64,000 bases of DNA from Candidatus Hydrogenedentota bacterium (lineage in GTDB: Bacteria > Hydrogenedentota > Hydrogenedentia > Hydrogenedentales > SLHB01): assembly GCA_963668025.2 (NCBI GenBank), contig CAXXTH010000013.1, positions 1 through 64,000 on the forward strand, in the 5' to 3' direction. Shown piece after piece: positions 58,154 through 64,000 of the stretch. Both the position numbers and the translations under genes were made by a program. Position 1 is the first letter of the stretch. Every line of letters begins with the position of its first letter. Under the pieces are notes generated by a model, which had not been told where the DNA came from, did not search any database, and worked only from the letters and a program-made list of their open reading frames with translations.

Positions 58154-61100
58154 TCTTTTTTTCTATTCGATAATTCAAAGAAAGCTACGTAGTAAAGGCA
58201 TATTTTTGGGGGCCTCTAGCATCCTATTCGCACTCTATTTGAGCCCTAGCGCTTTAGGAGAATCGCAGAATCCGATGCAACAGACAGGACAAGGACGATT
58301 TTTACAGATGGAAAATAAATACTTTCGATTCGAGATTGGGGAGAACGCCCAAAATGTACGTTTTCTGGACAAAACAAATGGTGCAGATTATTGCCAGGAA
58401 GGAGCGCCTACCGCTTTCGCTTCTATCAAGAAGCAAGGGAACACCTATTTTGCTTCCGCGGCTTCACTACACGATGGCCGTTTAGCGCTTATCTTTGGCG
58501 AGTCTGGAATTCGGGCGGAAATCAAGATCACATCGAAACAGAACTACTTCATCTTTGAAGTGATTTCTGTGAGTGAGCATGACATTGATGAATTGACGTT
58601 TATCGATATTCCACTCCGTGTAAAGGGGACACTTGAAGAGCCTTTTGCCGCATGCGCGTTAGCGTTGAATCTGAAAACTTTTGGCTGCCAGATTCCTGGG
58701 CCAAATACCCATTTGCTGGCGAAGTGTTTTCCAAGGTTTGGGCTTGAAGGAGCAGCGTGCGCGATCATTGGATGCCCGCCCCAGGAGCTTCGCGGTTTCA
58801 TCCAGGAAGTAGTGACTGCCTCGCCAGAACTGCCAAAGTCGTCTCTTGGCGGCGCTTGGGCGCTTGATGCGGACATCAATAAGGGCTCCTACATGATTGA
58901 CTTTTATGCCGATCAAGTCAGCGAGGCCACTATAGACAATTGGATTAAAGCGGCGAAGCAAGTTGGCGCTACGCAAATCGTATTTCATGCGGGCAAATCA
59001 TTTCGATTCGGAGATTATGCGCCAAATCCCGAATTATATCCAAGAGGCCTTGAAAGCGTGCGGGATGTTGTCGCTAAGATTCATGCAGCCGGGCTTTCTG
59101 CGGGGCTGCAAACGTACGCTTTCTTCATGGCTAAAGATGCTCCTTGGGTGACGCCCATACCAGATCCGTGCCTAGAAAAAGATGCGACATTCACGTTGTC
59201 GGAGCCGACGACGAAGGAATCAACTACTGTATTGGTGGAAGAATCCACTGAGAACATGTCCACACTAACGGCATTCCATGTCATGAACAGCGTGACGCTT
59301 CAAATTGAGAATGAGTTAATTGAGTATCGCGGCATAGACAAGAGCAAGCCGTATGCGTTTACTCAATGTGAACGTGGCGTATTGGGCACTACGGTATCCG
59401 AGCATCCAAAAGGAGCTGCCGTCCATCATCTGAAAGAACGTTTCGGTCTGTTCGCGCCAGAGGGTGATTCAACACTTTTCACCGAGATCGCGGATAGAAC
59501 CGCTGAAGTGTATAACACATGCGATTTTGATTTGTTATACATTGATGCACTAGATGGCGCGACCCTTTATGGCCCTGGCGAGGTGTATGAATATTATGCC
59601 GCCAAATATGCTTATGAGGTGGTTAAGAGGCTGAAAAGGCCCGCTTGTATTGGCCTCAGCACATTTTCCCATCATTTATGGCATATTGTATCCAGGCTCA
59701 ACGCACGTGATGCGCCTCATATGGCATATAAAATGTTCATCGACTGCCATTTTAACGCCAACCAGATAGATGAACGGAAGTTGCTCCCATTGAATATGGG
59801 TTGGTGGTGCGCCTATTTCGGGCCGTGGCGGAGCATGGCAACGCAATTCATGTACCCAGAAGATATCGAATATCTGTGTTGCAAATCTCTTGCGGGAAGA
59901 TACAGCTTATCTTTGCTGGCTGGTTTTGCACCAGAAGAGTTATCCACATATGCTCTTTCCAAGCAGATGGCCGGGATCATTAATCGATATGAAAAAATAC
60001 GGCTTTCCGGGAGTATATCGAATGAAGTCAAAGCGCGGCTGTCCGCACAAGAGGATTTTACCCTGGCATTAGGCCCTGATCAGGTTTGGCGTTTTAAACC
60101 AATCCAATATATGAAGCACAAAATTGAAGGAGATGATAGGAGGGAGGCTGAATGGACTGTCTCGAATCCTTTTGAAAGGCAGCCCCTACGAATGCGTATT
60201 GAAGCCCTTATGTCGGCCTCTCCATATGACAGTGCTTCAAGTGTTCAATTGACCAATTGCCTTAATCCAGAGGAATTTTCACAGCCTGTTTGCAGTAGAG
60301 GCGTGTCGAGCACGTACGAAATCGCTACTGATCCGGAAAAGAGTGGAAAGCCTTGCGGCGCCTATTCCGCAATTAATAAACAAGGAAATCCCTATTGCGC
60401 ATGGTCGGCTCTCACAAAAGAGTTTGCAGTAGCGCCGGATTTGGTGGACCACGGTTTTGGCCTCTGGGTGTATGGAGATGGCAAGGGTGAAACTATCAAT
60501 CTGCATCTTCAAACACCCTGGCATGTGAGCTCAGGAATCCGAGATTACTACATCGTGGCCGATTTCACTGGATGGCGTTATTGCATGCTGGTGGAATCGG
60601 AATCAGAACGTCTGAGAGATTATCGCTGGCCTTACTTCTATAAGGATCCCGTAAATACTCCTACAGGCGATTATGGTTTGCCATATTCTTACGCAGACGC
60701 CGCAACAGAATTCAAACCGGGTTTTGTTTCCAAAGACTTGCAGTGGGACAGCCTGTTTTGGATGAATTATGCAAAAGTGAACAAGCTCAGCGTCTATTAT
60801 GGCAATCTGCCGGAAAACAAGGAAGTTAAGTGCCATATTGGACCCATTAAGGCCCTTCACCTTCAGAAGAAGACGATGAAGAATCCTACAATCGTTATCG
60901 GCGGTGAAGCAGTCACATTTCCTGTCGAGCTAGAAAGCGGCTGCTATATTGAATTTCGCTCCATGGCGGATTGTTGGGCGTATAATCAAGAAGGCGATGT
61001 TATCGAAAAAATTGAGCCTCGAGGCAAAGCCCCTATGCTTGATGCTGGCGGGAATGCATTCCAGTTTTCGTGCGATCCCGATTCGAATAAGGAAAACGTG

Positions 61101-61175
61101 CGGGCTGCCGTTACGATCATGGCGACTGGCGAGCCTTTTGGTGAGCCTATGCGTTTTGATACGGAAGGTAACTAG
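58134..61175 (+). CDS. Large exported hypothetical protein, probable glycoside-hydrolase-like barrel
   Basis: ~1013 aa with a signal-like segment. YPRG...RDVV.KIHAAGL.AGL, FD..YIDALDG, and a CBM-like GLWVYGDGKG...ADFTGWRY. Confidence 0.75.
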   Translation: MKVRVHSLFFYSIIQRKLRSKGIFLGASSILFALYLSPSALGESQNPMQQTGQGRFLQMENKYFRFEIGENAQNVRFLDKTNGADYCQEGAPTAFASIKKQGNTYFASAASLHDGRLALIFGESGIRAEIKITSKQNYFIFEVISVSEHDIDELTFIDIPLRVKGTLEEPFAACALALNLKTFGCQIPGPNTHLLAKCFPRFGLEGAACAIIGCPPQELRGFIQEVVTASPELPKSSLGGAWALDADINKGSYMIDFYADQVSEATIDNWIKAAKQVGATQIVFHAGKSFRFGDYAPNPELYPRGLESVRDVVAKIHAAGLSAGLQTYAFFMAKDAPWVTPIPDPCLEKDATFTLSEPTTKESTTVLVEESTENMSTLTAFHVMNSVTLQIENELIEYRGIDKSKPYAFTQCERGVLGTTVSEHPKGAAVHHLKERFGLFAPEGDSTLFTEIADRTAEVYNTCDFDLLYIDALDGATLYGPGEVYEYYAAKYAYEVVKRLKRPACIGLSTFSHHLWHIVSRLNARDAPHMAYKMFIDCHFNANQIDERKLLPLNMGWWCAYFGPWRSMATQFMYPEDIEYLCCKSLAGRYSLSLLAGFAPEELSTYALSKQMAGIINRYEKIRLSGSISNEVKARLSAQEDFTLALGPDQVWRFKPIQYMKHKIEGDDRREAEWTVSNPFERQPLRMRIEALMSASPYDSASSVQLTNCLNPEEFSQPVCSRGVSSTYEIATDPEKSGKPCGAYSAINKQGNPYCAWSALTKEFAVAPDLVDHGFGLWVYGDGKGETINLHLQTPWHVSSGIRDYYIVADFTGWRYCMLVESESERLRDYRWPYFYKDPVNTPTGDYGLPYSYADAATEFKPGFVSKDLQWDSLFWMNYAKVNKLSVYYGNLPENKEVKCHIGPIKALHLQKKTMKNPTIVIGGEAVTFPVELESGCYIEFRSMADCWAYNQEGDVIEKIEPRGKAPMLDAGGNAFQFSCDPDSNKENVRAAVTIMATGEPFGEPMRFDTEGN

Positions 61176-61231
61176 ATGGTTGAGTTCAAATAATACGCGC
61201 CGGAAAGGCGGAGAACGAAAGGAATATCCTC

Positions 61232-62110
61232 ATGCAAGTCATGCTGGGATTCGACATGGAAACGGATGTTGGCAGTTGGACCCCCTATTATAATGGGCTT
61301 CGTCCGGGAACAGAAGCCATATTGGGCGTCTTAAAAAAACATAGCATTAGCGGTACATTTTTCTTTACGGCGGATTGCGCGCGGAAGCATCCGGATGTGG
61401 TGGCGGCTGTTCGAAATGCAGGCCATGAAATCGGAGCACATACGCTTTTTCATGAGACTTTGGGGGATGAGATTTTCCCCATCCCTGGAATGATGCCTAT
61501 TTTGCCTGAGGAAGTGCCTAATCGCATTCGCTTATGCACCAAAATAATTGGTGAAATTTCCGGCGTGGCGCCAGTCTCGTTTCGCTGTCCCCGCTTATTT
61601 GGATCAACTACGGTTGCCAATACATTGGATGAACTGGGATACCTTACGGATTCCACTTATCCCATGTATTACTTCAGGGAGCGTTTGCGCCCCTATCATC
61701 CGAGCAAGGAAGACTGGACAAAAGAAGGCGATCTTCGCCTGCTGGAATTACCCTTGTTTGCGGATCTTTCGATGCAAACGCAAGATGAATATGGACGTGA
61801 TATGGACCAGTGGCCCCTCTATCGCACGGAGGGAGCGCATGCCCTCCTGTCGCATATTGATGGTTTCGCTGGATATTGCCGCACGCGTAATATTGATCCG
61901 TTTTTAGCTTTTTATTTTCATCCGTGGGAGTTTCATCCCATGCCTCAAGGGCCGATTCCCACTAGTGAAGGTTCTGTGACGCCTCTTCCATTCATTGTAA
62001 AAAATTGCGGAGAATACGCTATCGAGCAGCTTGATCTAACGATTGAGAATCTTTTGGAGCGTAAAGCTGAGTTCCGGCAAGCCCGCGAAATGGCGCTCGA
62101 GGCCCAATAA
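61232..62110 (+). CDS. Polysaccharide deacetylase (NodB/CE4-like) family protein
   Basis: GFDME, TFFF, GHEIGAHT..H, SFRCP, Y..DS, YFHPWEF. Confidence 0.88.
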   Translation: MQVMLGFDMETDVGSWTPYYNGLRPGTEAILGVLKKHSISGTFFFTADCARKHPDVVAAVRNAGHEIGAHTLFHETLGDEIFPIPGMMPILPEEVPNRIRLCTKIIGEISGVAPVSFRCPRLFGSTTVANTLDELGYLTDSTYPMYYFRERLRPYHPSKEDWTKEGDLRLLELPLFADLSMQTQDEYGRDMDQWPLYRTEGAHALLSHIDGFAGYCRTRNIDPFLAFYFHPWEFHPMPQGPIPTSEGSVTPLPFIVKNCGEYAIEQLDLTIENLLERKAEFRQAREMALEAQ

Positions 62111-62166
62111 TCATGCGGGCCCGTTGTACTGCTAAGAGAATTCATGGATTCACATAGGAAGATTCA

Positions 62167-62862
62167 ATGATTCAAAACATACAGGCTATCGCTGCCGTTC
62201 TTTTCGATTTAGATGGCGTGGTTGTAAGCTCAGATGAATATCACTACCGTGCTTGGAAGCGCCTTGCGGATGAAGAAGGATGGCAATTTGATGAGGTGGT
62301 GAATCGAAAGCTACGTGGCATATCACGCTTGGGCTCGCTTCAGGCTATTTTAGATCACAATGGCATAGATGATCTTACGGACGAAGAAAAGGTGGCATTC
62401 GCATCGCGGAAGAATGGCTATTATGTTGCTTCTTTGCAGCGTATAGATGAACGCGCCCTGCTGGATGGTGCGGTCGATTTACTTGCCGCGCTTCAACAGC
62501 GAGGCGTCCGGATGGCTTTATGCTCCGCCAGCCGCAATGCCATGCTCATCTTGGATAACCTGAATTTGACCCGGTTTTTTGATGCCGTCGTGACGGGTGC
62601 GGACGTATCTCGATCAAAACCGGATCCGGAAATTTTCTTGCTGGCGGCGCAGCGGCTCGGAGTTCTTCCCGGGCAATGCATCGTGTTTGAAGATGCGGCT
62701 GCGGGGATAGATGCCGCCCAAGCAGCAGGCATGCGCCATGTAGGCGTCGGCCCTATCGACCGTCTTCCAAACGCGTATCAAATTGTAGAAGACTATGCCG
62801 CTATTGATATTGATCATCTGATCGCAACGGGTTTTATATCCGAAGCTGTCTGCCGCTATTAA
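62167..62862 (+). CDS. pgmB: Beta-phosphoglucomutase (HAD superfamily)
   Basis: FDLDGV, YHYRAWK, LRGISR..SL, RKN.YY, SASRNA, SKPDPEIF, FEDA.AG. Confidence 0.85.
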   Translation: MIQNIQAIAAVLFDLDGVVVSSDEYHYRAWKRLADEEGWQFDEVVNRKLRGISRLGSLQAILDHNGIDDLTDEEKVAFASRKNGYYVASLQRIDERALLDGAVDLLAALQQRGVRMALCSASRNAMLILDNLNLTRFFDAVVTGADVSRSKPDPEIFLLAAQRLGVLPGQCIVFEDAAAGIDAAQAAGMRHVGVGPIDRLPNAYQIVEDYAAIDIDHLIATGFISEAVCRY

Positions 62863-62877
62863 GCGTTGGAGATTGCC

Positions 62878-63942
62878 ATGACGCCGCGAGAACGGATCGT
62901 TACCGCTCTTGATTTTAAGAAAACGGACCGCATTCCACGCTATGAAATCTTTTTTCCGGATTTTATAGACTCGTGGCGAAAAACCGTTGTTGAGGATGCG
63001 CGCCCCGATATTTACGAACATTATTCCAGAATTGATATTGGGGGCGTGCTTGCCACACAGGAAGGCCCATTTCTAAATAAAACGTATGAGGAAGAATTGG
63101 GTGGCGGAAAATATTTGGTTCGAGATAGCTGGGGACGCCTCAAGCGGGGAAGCCATAACGGCATGTTGTTTGAAGTGCTGGAAACTGCGGTATCCGCGCG
63201 TGATGCGCTAGATTCCGTTGTCTTTGAAGATCCAAATGGCCTTGCCCGATATGAGGAGATCGCGCGAGGTGAACAAGAGATTCAAGGCCGTTTTGCGCCC
63301 GTATGTGGAACGATGGGCCTGTTTATGCCTTCCTACTATTTGCGCGGGGAGTTTAATTTTTTTATTGACTTGATGGAGGATGAAGTTTTCTGCCGCGCGC
63401 TGGTGGAAAAAGTGGCCGCGTTTATAACGGAAGTAGGCCGAAACGCATTAGAAAAAACCAATACCTGGGATACGGCCATTTGGGTGTATGATGAACTGGC
63501 TAACGCCGCTTCACCGCTCATTTCGCCCGATACTTTCGAACGGATCTTTTTACCTTCTTACCGCCACATGATATCGAAGTGGCGCGCGCTTGGCGCCCAG
63601 CATGTCATTTTACACTGCGACGGCAATTGCACACCTTTGCTGGATATGCTCATTGATGCCGGATTCACGGGCATTCAAGGCGCTTATTCCTCCACGGGAA
63701 TGAACCTGCCCGCACTCAAATCTAAGTATGGAAATCGACTGGCTTTCGTAGGCGGGATGTGTAATACGAGAGTGCTGGCGCAAGGAACCCGGCGTGAAAT
63801 CGAGACGCAAGCCCATGCCATCGCGGAATGCGGGAGAGACGGCGGAGTCATAATAGGCGCGCATTCTATCGATGCCGATATACCTGTTGAGAATTATGAT
63901 TACTACTATGAAACGTTGAATCGCCTTGATGCAGCGTGGTGA
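62878..63942 (+). CDS. Uroporphyrinogen decarboxylase / MtaA-CmuA superfamily protein
   Basis: MTPRERI..AL....DRIP, DELA....LISP, LHCDG, GG.IIGAHSI..D.P.ENY. Confidence 0.87.
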   Translation: MTPRERIVTALDFKKTDRIPRYEIFFPDFIDSWRKTVVEDARPDIYEHYSRIDIGGVLATQEGPFLNKTYEEELGGGKYLVRDSWGRLKRGSHNGMLFEVLETAVSARDALDSVVFEDPNGLARYEEIARGEQEIQGRFAPVCGTMGLFMPSYYLRGEFNFFIDLMEDEVFCRALVEKVAAFITEVGRNALEKTNTWDTAIWVYDELANAASPLISPDTFERIFLPSYRHMISKWRALGAQHVILHCDGNCTPLLDMLIDAGFTGIQGAYSSTGMNLPALKSKYGNRLAFVGGMCNTRVLAQGTRREIETQAHAIAECGRDGGVIIGAHSIDADIPVENYDYYYETLNRLDAAW

Positions 63943-64000
63943 ACGGTTTAGATTTGATAGAGGTGGATGAACGGTGTGGTGGTACACCCAATCTAATTTG

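Noticed and set aside
1-64000. CRISPR array, rRNA or tRNA genes
   Set aside because: No regularly spaced identical repeats with unique spacers, no cas genes, and no recognisable rRNA or cloverleaf sequence by eye.

Overview
This is a bacterial chromosomal window, most likely from Candidatus Hydrogenedentes. That assignment is inferred from the DUF1559/H-X9-DG pilin-like protein style, a PASTA/FN3 surface protein and D-[VL]-P-V-x-G C-terminal anchors. In order, the window holds: the dnaG-rpoD operon and lysA; a BlaI + BlaR1(M56)/beta-helix/HEAT-like sensor gene hit twice by the same IS66-family element; a three-gene chemosensory-like operon; a patch of accessory genes (orphan antitoxin with a deleted toxin, exported FIST protein, HEPN protein); a ~21-kb carbohydrate locus with no SusC/D; a duplicated hairpin+promoter element followed by short orphan genes; an ArsR-ArsP-thioredoxin-CcdA cluster; and a second carbohydrate locus. 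The strongest candidate for an undescribed system is the chemosensory operon. Its CheA appears circularly permuted (P3-P4-P5-linker-P1-P2), it is flanked by CheY and an atypical double receiver, and no MCP, CheW, CheR or CheB lies in the window. Single-base insertions, mostly in homopolymers, break rpoD, the BlaR1 gene, cheA and both transposases, and are probably assembly errors. All family calls come from visual motif recognition; no database searches were run. No rRNA, tRNA or CRISPR array was seen.
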